The translations under genes and the position numbers were made by a program. 64,000 bases of DNA from Patescibacteria group bacterium (GTDB taxonomy: Bacteria; Patescibacteriota; Microgenomatia; UBA1400; CG1-02-47-37): assembly GCA_038065055.1 (NCBI GenBank), contig JBBTRT010000004.1, positions 13,677 to 77,676 on the forward strand, written 5' to 3'. The notes under the pieces are model-generated. The model saw nothing but the letters and a program-made list of their open reading frames with translations, made no database searches and had not been told where the DNA came from. Numbering within the stretch: the first letter of the stretch is position 1; every line of letters begins with the position of its first letter. Shown here one piece after another: positions 41,417 through 50,484 of the stretch.

Positions 41417-41445
41417 ATCTTGCAACATCTTGCAACATCTTGCAA
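41417..41445 (+). repeat. Tandem 10-bp repeat (ATCTTGCAAC x2.9) forming phased -35-like hexamers in the fic promoter
   Basis: Direct read. The second TTGCAA lies 17 nt from TATTAT (41453-41458); the ATG is at 41464. Confidence 0.5.
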
Positions 41446-41463
41446 AAAATAATATTATTAAGC

Positions 41464-42444
41464 ATGAAGCTTAATTATTATTTTCATTCCACCCCCAGTT
41501 TACAAAAATCAGAGCAGCGTTTATCAGTTTTATCTGAAACAACAAAACTATTACCCAATTTGTCAATCTTTGCGGTCAATTGGCAGCGTCAATCTTTATT
41601 AAAAAGTTCGCTTTTTTCTGCCCGGATCGAAGGCAATAATTTACAGCCACAGAATTTAACTGAAGTTTTTTCCTCGCCTAAGTCCAAGGCCAAACAGGAA
41701 ATTATTAACTTATATCGAGCCATGCGCTGGCTTTATTCCGGTCATTGTCCCAAGCGATTATCTCAAAATTTAATTCTTAAGCTTCATCAAATAACGATGC
41801 AAAATTTAATTTCTCCGGCTGGCCAGTGGCGCCGGGAAATGGGTGCAATTTTTAATCAGGCGGGAATGGCCGTTTATTTGTCTCCGCCTCCGGATGAAAT
41901 AATTCAGCTAATGGCTGATTTAATTAAACAAATCAATCAATCTCCAATCTCCGGTCCGGTTAAGGCCGCTCAGTTTCACTTTATCTTTGAAAAAATCCAT
42001 CCTTTTTTAGACGGTAATGGTCGCGTTGGCCGGTTAATCTCAAATTTTTTATTAAAACAATCAGGCTTTGATTTTAACGGCGCATTGATCCTAGAAGAAT
42101 ATTTAGCCAACAATCGTGAAATCTACTACGATTTATTGGCTGATAATTCCAAAGACATTACCCTGTTTGTAGAATTTTTCGTTCAGGGTTTGGTTATTCA
42201 GGCTGAAAAAATTATCACTGCCGCCAAAAACACCTCAACTAGTTCGGCAGATAATTTATTACCCCGGCGCCGGGAAATTTTAGCTATTATTCAAGATCAC
42301 CAAACGATTACTTTTGATTTTTTAAAACGCCGTTTTTTAAGTCTTCCGGCCCGAACCCTGCATTATGATTTAACGCAATTAATAAAATCCGGTTTTATTA
42401 AAAAAATTGGTATTACCCGAGGAGCGATCTATTCTGTAAAGTAA
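41464..42444 (+). CDS. Fic-family protein (AMPylation/phosphocholination domain) with C-terminal wHTH
   Basis: Canonical Fic motif HPFLDGNGRVGR. Start moved to the ATG at 41464 (the ORF track begins in the promoter). Confidence 0.8.
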   Translation: MKLNYYFHSTPSLQKSEQRLSVLSETTKLLPNLSIFAVNWQRQSLLKSSLFSARIEGNNLQPQNLTEVFSSPKSKAKQEIINLYRAMRWLYSGHCPKRLSQNLILKLHQITMQNLISPAGQWRREMGAIFNQAGMAVYLSPPPDEIIQLMADLIKQINQSPISGPVKAAQFHFIFEKIHPFLDGNGRVGRLISNFLLKQSGFDFNGALILEEYLANNREIYYDLLADNSKDITLFVEFFVQGLVIQAEKIITAAKNTSTSSADNLLPRRREILAIIQDHQTITFDFLKRRFLSLPARTLHYDLTQLIKSGFIKKIGITRGAIYSVK

Positions 42445-42457
42445 TCTACCAGCTACC

Positions 42458-42495
42458 TCCGCCGCCGCCGCCGAAACCGCCGCCCGACGAACCGC
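42458..42495. repeat. GC-rich (GCC)n-like simple tract between the fic stop and the tRNA
   Basis: CTCCGCCGCCGCCGCCGAAACCGCCGCCCGACGAACCGC lies in an otherwise AT-rich spacer. Confidence 0.4.
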
Positions 42496-42539
42496 AAAAT
42501 GAATAATGGTAAAATAGGCTTTTATATCAATCTAATTAG

Positions 42540-42610
42540 TCGGGGAGCAGGGAATTGAACCCTGACGGCACGACCCCCAGCCGCGCATTCTACCGTTAAA
42601 TCACTCCCCG
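42540..42610 (-). tRNA. tRNA-Pro (anticodon GGG), 71 nt, CCA not encoded
   Basis: Reverse complement folds with acceptor CGGGGAG/CTCCCCG, D-stem ATTT/AAAT, anticodon loop CUGGGGG, T-arm CAGGG-TTCAATT-CCCTG, discriminator A. Confidence 0.7.
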
Positions 42611-42640
42611 TAATTTAAGCTCAATTTTAACATAAATATT

Positions 42641-42676
42641 TCTCCTTGACAGTTTCGGGTTTTATTTGATTAAATA
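42641..42676 (+). promoter_or_regulatory. Copy 1 of the shared motif TCTCCTTGACAGTTTCGG (promoter-like; paralogous to the recA promoter)
   Basis: 18/18 identity of the core with 43082..43099, extended similarity through the -10. Confidence 0.4.
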
Positions 42677-42764
42677 AATTAATGCTCAAGTGGAGAATTA
42701 CATATTATTCTCTTTCTTCAGGAAAATTTCCGGTCAAAGATTTTATTGATACTTTGAGTTGTTC

Positions 42765-42801
42765 TTGACAAATATCGCAAAATTGTGATATTAATATCAC
42801 A
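42765..42801 (+). promoter_or_regulatory. XRE gene promoter (TTGACA-N18-TATTAA) with perfect 18-bp palindrome TGTGATATTAATATCACA over the -10/TSS
   Basis: Palindrome 42784..42801 ends 1 nt before the ATG at 42803. Operator-like. Confidence 0.5.
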
Positions 42802-42802
42802 T

Positions 42803-43078
42803 ATGGATTGGCAAACTCACAAAAAGCAATTATTAAAAAATCCTCATTTTAAAACCGCGTTAAAAAAAGATCATTTGGAGTACGAAATTGCCCGGGCTAT
42901 TATTAAAGCTCGATTTAAACACCAGCTTACTCAAAAACAATTAGCTAAAAAATTACACACCAAGCAGTCTGTTATTTCACGGGTAGAAAATGCTCAAACA
43001 ACCGCTTCGGTTTCTTTTCTTCAACGATTTGTAGGAATTTTTGGCGGAGAATTAAAAATTAGCTTTAGCGGCATTTAA
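42803..43078 (+). CDS. XRE-family HTH transcriptional regulator
   Basis: [31 protein letters not shown] at 42803 preferred over the GTG at 42785, which lies inside the palindrome. Confidence 0.65.
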   Translation: MDWQTHKKQLLKNPHFKTALKKDHLEYEIARAIIKARFKHQLTQKQLAKKLHTKQSVISRVENAQTTASVSFLQRFVGIFGGELKISFSGI

Positions 43079-43081
43079 TTT

Positions 43082-43116
43082 TCTCCTTGACAGTTTCGGT
43101 AAAACTTTGTTTAATG
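43082..43116 (+). promoter_or_regulatory. recA promoter (TTGACA-N17-TTTAAT) carrying copy 2 of the shared 18-nt motif
   Basis: -10 ends 6 nt before the recA ATG at 43122. Confidence 0.45.
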
Positions 43117-43121
43117 GGATT

Positions 43122-44174
43122 ATGACAACCGATCCTAAACTTCAGGCAATTAAAGTGGCAATGGAACAAATCGAAAAACAGTATGGTGCCGGTGCGATCA
43201 TGAAATTAGGCGACCGGAAACACCTGGAAGTTTCGGTTATCCCCACCGGTTCAGTCGCTTTAGACCTAGCCTTGGGTGTCGGCGGTTTGCCCCGCGGCCG
43301 GATTGCCGAAATTTACGGCCCCGAAGCTTCCGGCAAAACCACTCTTTGCTTGCATGTCATTGCTGAGGCGCAAAAAGCCGGCGGCACCGCCGCTTTTATC
43401 GATGCCGAACACGCGCTGGATCCCCAGCGGGCGGAATCAATTGGCGTTAAACTTAACGACCTGCTAATTTCCCAGCCGGACACCGGCGAGCAGGCTTTAG
43501 AAATTGTGGAAACTTTAATCCGCTCCGGCGCCATTGACGTCATTGTCATCGATTCCGTTGCCGCCCTGGTTCCCAAGGCCGAAATTGAAGGAGAAATGGG
43601 CGATTCCATGATGGGTTTACAGGCCAGGCTGATGAGCCAAGCCATGCGTAAATTGACCAGCGCTATTTCCAAATCCAACGCCGTGATTATTTTCACCAAT
43701 CAGCTCCGCATGAAAATCGGCGTCATGTTTGGCAACCCGGAGACCACTACCGGCGGCAAAGCGCTTAAATTTTATGCCTCGATCCGCTTGGATTGCCGGA
43801 AAATCGGCAACATTCAGGACGGCGAAACCATCATTGGTTCCCGCCACCGCATTAAAGTGGTCAAAAATAAAGTTGCGGCTCCATTCCGGGTGGCAGAGTT
43901 TGATATTTTAAATGTTGGCGGCATTTCCAAATTAGGCGACATTATTGATTTAGGGGTGGAGTGGGGTGTACTGGATAAATCCGGCAGTTTTTACAAATAT
44001 AACGGTGAAGTCATCGGCCAGGGCAAAGAAGCCGTTCGTCTGGTTTTAAAAGAAGATGCCAAATTAGCCAAAACCATTGAAACCGAAATTTGGAAAAAAG
44101 TTAAAGCCGATGAAGCCAACCCCCAATCTGCCGCCGACAAAAAACGCGCCAGAACCGCCAAAAAAGAAGCCTGA
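43122..44174 (+). CDS. recA: Recombinase RecA
   Basis: [10 protein letters not shown] Walker A, full RecA core. Start at the ATG (MTTDPKLQA), not the TTG used by the ORF track. Confidence 0.95.
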   Translation: MTTDPKLQAIKVAMEQIEKQYGAGAIMKLGDRKHLEVSVIPTGSVALDLALGVGGLPRGRIAEIYGPEASGKTTLCLHVIAEAQKAGGTAAFIDAEHALDPQRAESIGVKLNDLLISQPDTGEQALEIVETLIRSGAIDVIVIDSVAALVPKAEIEGEMGDSMMGLQARLMSQAMRKLTSAISKSNAVIIFTNQLRMKIGVMFGNPETTTGGKALKFYASIRLDCRKIGNIQDGETIIGSRHRIKVVKNKVAAPFRVAEFDILNVGGISKLGDIIDLGVEWGVLDKSGSFYKYNGEVIGQGKEAVRLVLKEDAKLAKTIETEIWKKVKADEANPQSAADKKRARTAKKEA

Positions 44175-44550
44175 ATACTTTTTAAACCGGGCGATTAAAT
44201 TACTGTCTTACCGCCCCCGCAGTGTTTTTGAAATTTCTTCCCGCTTGCGCCGCGCCGGCGCCGACTTACCCGTCATTAATCAGGTAATTGTCAAATTAAC
44301 CGACTTGGACTTATTAAACGATCTTAAATTTGCCCAGTGGTGGGTCGAACAACGCGTTAACGCCAGTCCTCGCGGCAATCGGGCTTTAAGTGCCGAATTA
44401 TTCCAAAAAGGCCTCAGCCGGGACATTATTAACCAGGTTTTATTATCTTTTGAGGCAGAAATAGCTTTAGCCGAAAAATTACCGCCTAATAAGAGGCTTA
44501 GCCGGGGATTTTCTTGGCGGGTTATTGACGCTTTGGCCAAAAAAGAGTAG
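44110..44550 (+). CDS. recX: RecX regulatory protein (start uncertain; overlaps the recA 3' end)
   Basis: [28 protein letters not shown] and tandem three-helix repeats typical of RecX. Confidence 0.6.
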   Translation: MKPTPNLPPTKNAPEPPKKKPEYFLNRAIKLLSYRPRSVFEISSRLRRAGADLPVINQVIVKLTDLDLLNDLKFAQWWVEQRVNASPRGNRALSAELFQKGLSRDIINQVLLSFEAEIALAEKLPPNKRLSRGFSWRVIDALAKKE

Positions 44551-44641
44551 AATATCTCTATTGATAAATGGTATTAGAAGAAAAAATGTTATTAAACTTA
44601 ATTTCAGCTTATTCCTCTTCCCCAGCTCCCTTGGCGGAGTA

Positions 44642-44660
44642 GTCCGACGTTACGTCGGAC
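44642..44660 (+). terminator. 8-bp GC-rich hairpin GTCCGACG-tta-CGTCGGAC after recX
   Basis: Near-perfect palindrome followed by a T-rich tract (CCATTTATCTTATTG). Confidence 0.4.
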
Positions 44661-44698
44661 CCATTTATCTTATTGTTAAATTGTAGTTAGGAGTTATT

Positions 44699-46195
44699 AT
44701 GTCGTTTTTAAAACGTTTTATTGGTATTGTCAGCGGTCAATCTAAGCCGGTTCATCAGCCTCAGCCGAAAGTTAATCACCCTCAGGTTCAGTCTCAACCC
44801 AAGCCCCAGCCGGTGGTTAATCAAATCAAGTTGGCGGAAATTGAAGCCCGGGCCCGGGAAATTATCATCGAAGCCAAAGATCAGGCTTTGCAAATTAAAA
44901 CCCAAGCTCAAAGCCTTAAAGACGAAGCTTTCAAAAAAGTCGCGGAAATCGATCATCGCTTAGGTGCCGTTGAACAGCGGGAAAAAACCGTTAGCGGTCA
45001 AGAAAATAGGCTTCAGTCAGAATTAAAACAGGCCGAAACTTTAAAACAGCAGCAGCTGGAAAAACTCGAAGCCATTGCCCGCTTAAAGCGCGACGAAGCC
45101 AAAGATTTAATCATGAAAGCTTATGAAAAACGCTTGACCCGGGACGTGGCCCAAATTATTACCGAGGCCGAAGATCAAGCTAAAGCCACCGCCGAAGAAA
45201 AAGCCAAAGAAATTTTAGTTGAAGCTATGCGCCACGGTGCCACTGACTATGTGGCTGAATACACGGTTTCCCTGGTCAAAGTGGCCGATGACGAAGCCAA
45301 GGGCCGGGTAATTGGCCGTGAAGGCCGCAATATCCGGACTTTTGAAAAAGTCACCGGCGTCGAAGTCGACCTGGACGAACCGGGCGTCATCCGTTTGTCT
45401 TGTTTTGATTCCATCCGCCGGGAAATTGCCCGGGTGACGTTAGAAAAATTAATCGCCGACGGCCGGATTCAGCCGCTTCGCATCGAAGAAATTTATCAGC
45501 GCACCAAGCTGGATATTGAACGGATCATGCACCAGGAAGGCGAAAAACTTTGCCATTCCATGAAAGTTTTCAACTTGCCGGTGGTGATTGTCGACATGCT
45601 GGGCCGGTTTAAATACCGTTTTTCTTACGGCCAAAACATGATCGCCCACACCATGGAGGAAACCAAGATTGGGATTAAGCTGGCTAGCGAAGTCGGCGCC
45701 GACCCCAACATTGTTCGTTTGGGTTGTTTGCTTCACGATATCGGTAAAGTTATCGACGAAGAAGAAGGCACCCACGTCGAGCTAGGCGTTAAGTTTTTAC
45801 GCCAGCATCGGATTCCCGAAGCGGTAATAAATTGCGTGGCCGAACACCACGAAGACAAGCCGTTTTCGTCCCTGGAGTCGACCCTGGTCTATATTGCCGA
45901 TGCCATTTCCGGTTCCCGTCCGGGCGCCCGGTATGAGGACCATGAGGCCTATTTAACCCGTATGACCCAGCTGGAAAAAATTGCCACTTCTTTCGATGGC
46001 GTTGATTCCGCCTTTGCCATTCAGGCCGGCCGTGAAGTCCGCGTCATCGTTAACCCCAAGGTCTACGACGATGCTGGCAGTATCAAATTGGCCAGCGATG
46101 TCCGCGACAAAATCAAAGAAGAGGTTAAAGCCTTTCCTGGTCAAATTAAAGTTACGGTTATCCGCGAAACCCGTTCCGAAGCAATTGCCCATTGA
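44699..46195 (+). CDS. rny: Ribonuclease Y
   Basis: N-terminal coiled coil, KH domain (VIGREGRNIRTFEKVTGV), HD domain (LLHDIGK). SD AGGAG upstream. Confidence 0.9.
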   Translation: MSFLKRFIGIVSGQSKPVHQPQPKVNHPQVQSQPKPQPVVNQIKLAEIEARAREIIIEAKDQALQIKTQAQSLKDEAFKKVAEIDHRLGAVEQREKTVSGQENRLQSELKQAETLKQQQLEKLEAIARLKRDEAKDLIMKAYEKRLTRDVAQIITEAEDQAKATAEEKAKEILVEAMRHGATDYVAEYTVSLVKVADDEAKGRVIGREGRNIRTFEKVTGVEVDLDEPGVIRLSCFDSIRREIARVTLEKLIADGRIQPLRIEEIYQRTKLDIERIMHQEGEKLCHSMKVFNLPVVIVDMLGRFKYRFSYGQNMIAHTMEETKIGIKLASEVGADPNIVRLGCLLHDIGKVIDEEEGTHVELGVKFLRQHRIPEAVINCVAEHHEDKPFSSLESTLVYIADAISGSRPGARYEDHEAYLTRMTQLEKIATSFDGVDSAFAIQAGREVRVIVNPKVYDDAGSIKLASDVRDKIKEEVKAFPGQIKVTVIRETRSEAIAH

Positions 46196-46230
46196 TTTAG
46201 CTTGATACAACAGCTATAATTTTAATTCAA

Positions 46231-46506
46231 ATGACTAAAGCGGAAATTTTTGAGATTATTGCTAAAAAAGCCCATCTGACCAAAAAAGCAGCCAGTGAAG
46301 CCATCGACGCTTTTTTGGATGAAATTATTCGCCAGATAGATAAAGGTGAAAAGGTGGTTTTATCCGGCTTTGGTACCTTCAAAATTTCCAAAGTCAAAGA
46401 TAAAAAAGGCCGTAATCCTCAAACCGGCGAAGACTTAATCATCCGCGGCCACCGCGTTGTCCGTTTCCTCGTCGGCAAAACCCTCAAACGCCTCGTCAAG
46501 AAATAA
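46231..46506 (+). CDS. hup: DNA-binding protein HU
   Basis: 91 aa; GFGTFKISKVKDKKGRNPQTGE arm. Confidence 0.9.
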   Translation: MTKAEIFEIIAKKAHLTKKAASEAIDAFLDEIIRQIDKGEKVVLSGFGTFKISKVKDKKGRNPQTGEDLIIRGHRVVRFLVGKTLKRLVKK

Positions 46507-46531
46507 CCTGAATTAGTGTTACAATTTTTTC

Positions 46532-47329
46532 ATGAGAAAGCTATTGGCTTATTTTCGCGTTGCCTTAATCGATGCCTTTATTTACCGGGCCACCGGTTTT
46601 ATTTGGATGCTAAACGACGTCGGTCCGGCAGTCATTGCCTTAATTTTTTGGTCGGCCGCCTTTACCACTCATTCCAGTTTTGCCGGCTACACCTTCCCTC
46701 AAATGCTGCTTTATTATCTCGGCATTATGTTTGTTAATAATGTCATTAATACCCAGCCGCAGTTTTTTCTCTCCGAAGAAATCCGCTCCGGTGACTTTTC
46801 TAACTATTTATTAAAACCGATTAATCTGGCTCTGTTTAAATTTGCCAGCAACAGCTCCTGGCGTTTTGTCCGCTTAATGTTTATTGTCCCCACGTTGTTG
46901 CTGGTGGCCAAGTTATTTTCTTTGGATTTAAGTCTGCTCCATCTGTCTTTTTTCCGTTGGGGTTTGATTATTTTTAGTTTAATTATGGCCTTTGGGATTA
47001 ATTTTTTCTTAAAATTAACTCTTGGCTTAACCACAATTTGGTTTGAAGAGTCGGGCTGGTTGTTTTTCGGCTTTGTGATTTTAGGCACTTTTTTAAGCGG
47101 TGAGCTAATTCCGCTCGACTTTTTTCCAGCTGGTTTATTAGCCGTGAATAATTTTTTACCCTTTAAATATATGCTTTATTTTCCGCTCTCGATTTTGTTA
47201 AATCGTTTATCCGGCCAAGAGTTATTTTTCGGTTTACTGTTTCAATTTGCCTGGTGTTTATTTGCCTATGGCTTATATCGTTTAGTTTTTCACCGCGGCA
47301 GCCGGATTTATTCTGCCTATGGCGGTTAA
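46532..47329 (+). CDS. ABC-2-family transporter permease (type A, copy 1)
   Basis: Six TM. C-terminal YSAYGG tail shared with 49681..50481. Confidence 0.55.
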   Translation: MRKLLAYFRVALIDAFIYRATGFIWMLNDVGPAVIALIFWSAAFTTHSSFAGYTFPQMLLYYLGIMFVNNVINTQPQFFLSEEIRSGDFSNYLLKPINLALFKFASNSSWRFVRLMFIVPTLLLVAKLFSLDLSLLHLSFFRWGLIIFSLIMAFGINFFLKLTLGLTTIWFEESGWLFFGFVILGTFLSGELIPLDFFPAGLLAVNNFLPFKYMLYFPLSILLNRLSGQELFFGLLFQFAWCLFAYGLYRLVFHRGSRIYSAYGG

Positions 47330-47332
47330 ACT

Positions 47333-48121
47333 ATGATTCGTTATTTAAAACTTTACCGGGCTTTTTTTATCAACTGCTTAGTCAGGGAAATGGAATTCCG
47401 TGCTCATTTCTTTCTTAGCAACTTGATCAGTATTTCCTGGTCAGCCGTGTTTCTGTTAACTTATTTTTTTATTTTTCGCCAGACCAGCAGTGTTAACGGT
47501 TGGACCCTGGAACAAATGTTATTATTAACCGCGATTTATTTTCTGGCCGACCGGGTTTACGACAGTTTTCTGGAAATGAATTTTGAAGATTTTGTTAACC
47601 TGGTGAACACCGGCCGGTTGGACTTAATTTTAACCAAGCCAGTCAATTCTCAATTTATTGTTTCTTTACGCCGCTTTTCTTTTAGTTTTACCATTAGTTC
47701 CTTAATGATGTTTGGTTTATTAGTTTATTTAGTGGTCCATTATTTTTGGCCTTTGCCTTTAATTAATCTTTTGGTCGGTTTATTGATTTTTATTGCCGGT
47801 TTAGTCATCAGCTATTCTTTATGGTTCATGACCTTATTGCCTGTCTTTTGGTGGGGCCGGGTGGATAATATCCAGCACTTATTCCGGCCCTTTCACCAGT
47901 TGAGCCGGATTCCGATCGACATTACCGGTCGGTTTATCCAGCCGTTGTTTACTTTTATTTTCCCCTTGGCTTTTATTGCCACAGTTCCTACCCAAGCCTT
48001 AACCGGTCAACTAAATTGGCCCTTAATTGGTTATGGCGTTTTCGCTGCCGCTTTATTATTCTATCTTTCTCACCGCCTGTGGAACTTCGCTTTGCGTCAC
48101 TATACCTCTGCTTCCTCATAA
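47333..48121 (+). CDS. ABC-2-family transporter permease (type B, copy 1)
   Basis: Six TM. C-terminal HYTSASS tail shared with 50485..51264. Confidence 0.55.
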   Translation: MIRYLKLYRAFFINCLVREMEFRAHFFLSNLISISWSAVFLLTYFFIFRQTSSVNGWTLEQMLLLTAIYFLADRVYDSFLEMNFEDFVNLVNTGRLDLILTKPVNSQFIVSLRRFSFSFTISSLMMFGLLVYLVVHYFWPLPLINLLVGLLIFIAGLVISYSLWFMTLLPVFWWGRVDNIQHLFRPFHQLSRIPIDITGRFIQPLFTFIFPLAFIATVPTQALTGQLNWPLIGYGVFAAALLFYLSHRLWNFALRHYTSASS

Positions 48122-48125
48122 GTCC

Positions 48126-48154
48126 TTGACAAAGGACTATTTAGGGACTAATAT
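48126..48154 (+). promoter_or_regulatory. Promoter TTGACA-N17-TAATAT (leaderless) for the TA pair
   Basis: -10 ends 7 nt before the ATG at 48162. Confidence 0.45.
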
Positions 48155-48161
48155 TAAGTAT

Positions 48162-48407
48162 ATGGATACAATTCAACTGAAAGTCACTCTACCGGTAGAG
48201 CTTTATGATTATTTAGAGTCGAAAGCTCAGCGTTTTGGCTTAGCCATGGCCACTTATATTAAACACTTAGTCATTAAAGACGTGGAAGATATGGATTTGC
48301 CCACTTATAAAATGAGCGCTAAAACCGAAGCCGTTGCCCTCCAGGCTCTCAAAGATCACCGGGCTGGAAAAACTAAACTTCTTCGGTCGATTGATGATTT
48401 GTTATGA
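48162..48407 (+). CDS. RHH-type antitoxin
   Basis: IQLKVTLPVELYDYLESKAQRFGL beta-strand/helix RHH pattern. Overlaps the toxin start. Confidence 0.5.
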   Translation: MDTIQLKVTLPVELYDYLESKAQRFGLAMATYIKHLVIKDVEDMDLPTYKMSAKTEAVALQALKDHRAGKTKLLRSIDDLL

Positions 48408-48664
48408 AGATTTTTTTCACTGCGCATTTCCGCCGGGCATATAAACAACACTGTAAGAAAAATCCTCAATTAAAAACAAAAATCGAACGGCAAATCAATT
48501 TTTTTCGGAAAAATATTCTTCATCCATCTTTACGGGTTCACAAACTTAAAGGCAAAAGAAGCGATCAAATGGCTTTTTGGATTGAAAACAATTTACGGAT
48601 TGCCTATATCAAAGATGATTCAGATTTTATCTTAACTGATATTATCACCCACGACGAATATTAA
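48404..48664 (+). CDS. RelE/YafQ-family toxin
   Basis: 86 aa; HKLKGKRSDQMAFWIENNLRIAYIKDDSDFILTDIITHDEY resembles the YafQ/RelE C-terminal core. Confidence 0.55.
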   Translation: MKIFFTAHFRRAYKQHCKKNPQLKTKIERQINFFRKNILHPSLRVHKLKGKRSDQMAFWIENNLRIAYIKDDSDFILTDIITHDEY

Positions 48665-48689
48665 TAAACTTTCGTGCTAGAATTGGGTC

Positions 48690-49679
48690 ATGGCATTAAT
48701 CTCTGTTTCTCATCTCAAAAAATACTACCGGGTTTACAAAAAAGAGCCGGGCTTAAGCGGTTCCCTTAAATCTTTATTCCACCGTAAATATGAAGACGTA
48801 AAGGCTGTTAATAATGTTTCTTTTGATATTAAAGAAGGGGAATTAGTCGGTTTTATCGGTCCCAACGGCGCCGGCAAAACTACCACTTTAAAAGTTTTAT
48901 CCGGCCTGCTTTATCCGACTTCCGGCAAGGTTTCAGTTTTAGGTTTTATTCCGTTTGACCGTCAGCCCCAGTTCCAAAAACAGTTTTCTTTGGTCATGGG
49001 CCAGAAAAATCAATTATGGTGGGATTTGCCGGCCCTGGACTCTTTTCTGCTTAATAAGGAAATTTACGAAATTCCTACGCAGCAATTTAATCAAACTTTA
49101 GCGGAGTTGGTCAAGATGCTGGATTTGGGCGAAGTCCTAAAAGTTCAGGTGCGTAAGCTGTCTTTGGGCCAGCGGATGAAGTGTGAATTAGTGGCCGCTC
49201 TACTTCATTTGCCTAAAGTGTTATTTTTAGATGAGCCGACGATTGGTTTGGACGTGGTGATGCAGCAGAAAATCCGCGATTTCATCAAAGGTTATAACCA
49301 AAAATATAAAGCCACAATTATTCTTACTTCCCACTACATGGATGATGTGAAAGAATTATGCAGCAGGGTAATTATTATTGATAAGGGAAAGATTTTTTTC
49401 GACGGTAAGCTGGATGCGATTATTAAAAAATACGCCGACCATAAAATTTTGGAATTAGTGTTTTCCGGTCCGGTCACCAAATCAGATTTTAGCGTGATTC
49501 CGGCCGCCAAAATTAAAGACTTTGATTTGCCCCGGGTGACTTTTTCCGTTCCCCGCGATTCTGCCAATGAAGTTGCCGCCAAACTGTTAACCAAGTTTCC
49601 TGTTGCCGATCTCAATATTACTGAGCCGTCGATTGAAGATATTATCCGCGAAGTTTTTACCGGCCGGGACATGTCTTAA
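48690..49679 (+). CDS. ABC transporter ATP-binding protein
   Basis: Walker A GPNGAGKTT, signature LSLGQRMK, Walker B LFLDEPT. Confidence 0.85.
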   Translation: MALISVSHLKKYYRVYKKEPGLSGSLKSLFHRKYEDVKAVNNVSFDIKEGELVGFIGPNGAGKTTTLKVLSGLLYPTSGKVSVLGFIPFDRQPQFQKQFSLVMGQKNQLWWDLPALDSFLLNKEIYEIPTQQFNQTLAELVKMLDLGEVLKVQVRKLSLGQRMKCELVAALLHLPKVLFLDEPTIGLDVVMQQKIRDFIKGYNQKYKATIILTSHYMDDVKELCSRVIIIDKGKIFFDGKLDAIIKKYADHKILELVFSGPVTKSDFSVIPAAKIKDFDLPRVTFSVPRDSANEVAAKLLTKFPVADLNITEPSIEDIIREVFTGRDMS

Positions 49680-49680
49680 A

Positions 49681-50481
49681 ATGCGCAAGTATTGGCAAAT
49701 TTTTAAAATTAGTTGGCAAAACACCCTGATTTATCGCTTCAATTTTTTTATGTGGCAGGTGCGCACGGTTTTGTCATTTTTAACGATTTACTTCTTTTGG
49801 TTTGCTGTTTTTACCCAGTATAACCAGATTGGGACTTACACTCGGACTACCATGTTTGCGTATCTCTTGGTGGCCGCCTTCCTCCGCAATTTAGTTTTAT
49901 GGAGCGATAGTTACCATGCCTGTGTGGAGATTGCCAATGGTGACCTAAATAATTACTTGCTTAAACCCTTAAGTTATTTTGGTAATTGGTTAGCCCGTGA
50001 TTGGGCGGATAAAATTCTCAATCTGCTTTTTTTCGTTCCCGAACTGGCTTTATTAATTATTATCTTTAGAATTCCTTTAGTTTTTCCTACCTCTCTTTGG
50101 GTTTGGGCTTGGTTTATTGTCCTCGCCATTTTAGGGTCTTTACTGTATTTCTTATTTAGTTTTTTGGTCAGCAGTTTTTCTTTTTGGTATCCCGAACACG
50201 ATGGCTGGCCGCTTAGGTTTTTTATGCTGATGTTTCTGGATTTTCTTTCCGGAGCCGCTTTTCCCCTGGACATTTTTCCTCAGCCAGTGACCACCCTTTT
50301 TAAATTCCTGCCCACATCTTATTTTATTTATTTTCCTACCCAAGTCTATTTAGGCCGGCTGTCATTTAGCGATCAATTAAGCGGTTTAGTCATTATGCTC
50401 TTTTGGCTACTGGTATTTTTCTACTTAGTTAAAATTGTTTGGCACAAAGGGTTACAAATTTACGGGGCTTACGGCCGCTAA
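49681..50481 (+). CDS. ABC-2-family transporter permease (type A, copy 2)
   Basis: Paralog of 46532..47329 (tail YGAYGR). Confidence 0.55.
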   Translation: MRKYWQIFKISWQNTLIYRFNFFMWQVRTVLSFLTIYFFWFAVFTQYNQIGTYTRTTMFAYLLVAAFLRNLVLWSDSYHACVEIANGDLNNYLLKPLSYFGNWLARDWADKILNLLFFVPELALLIIIFRIPLVFPTSLWVWAWFIVLAILGSLLYFLFSFLVSSFSFWYPEHDGWPLRFFMLMFLDFLSGAAFPLDIFPQPVTTLFKFLPTSYFIYFPTQVYLGRLSFSDQLSGLVIMLFWLLVFFYLVKIVWHKGLQIYGAYGR

Positions 50482-50484
50482 CTT

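Noticed and set aside
41417-41445. Tandem ATCTTGCAAC repeats as a CRISPR array
   Set aside because: Only three 10-bp units with no spacers; sits in a promoter. Not CRISPR.
42442-42540. Stop-codon readthrough of fic into an Arg-rich extension across the (GCC)n tract
   Set aside because: No evidence; the extension would run into the tRNA gene. The tract is more likely a simple-sequence or integration scar.
42785-42802. GTG start at 42785 for the XRE gene
   Set aside because: It lies inside the perfect operator palindrome and -10 region; the ATG at 42803 fits the leaderless pattern.
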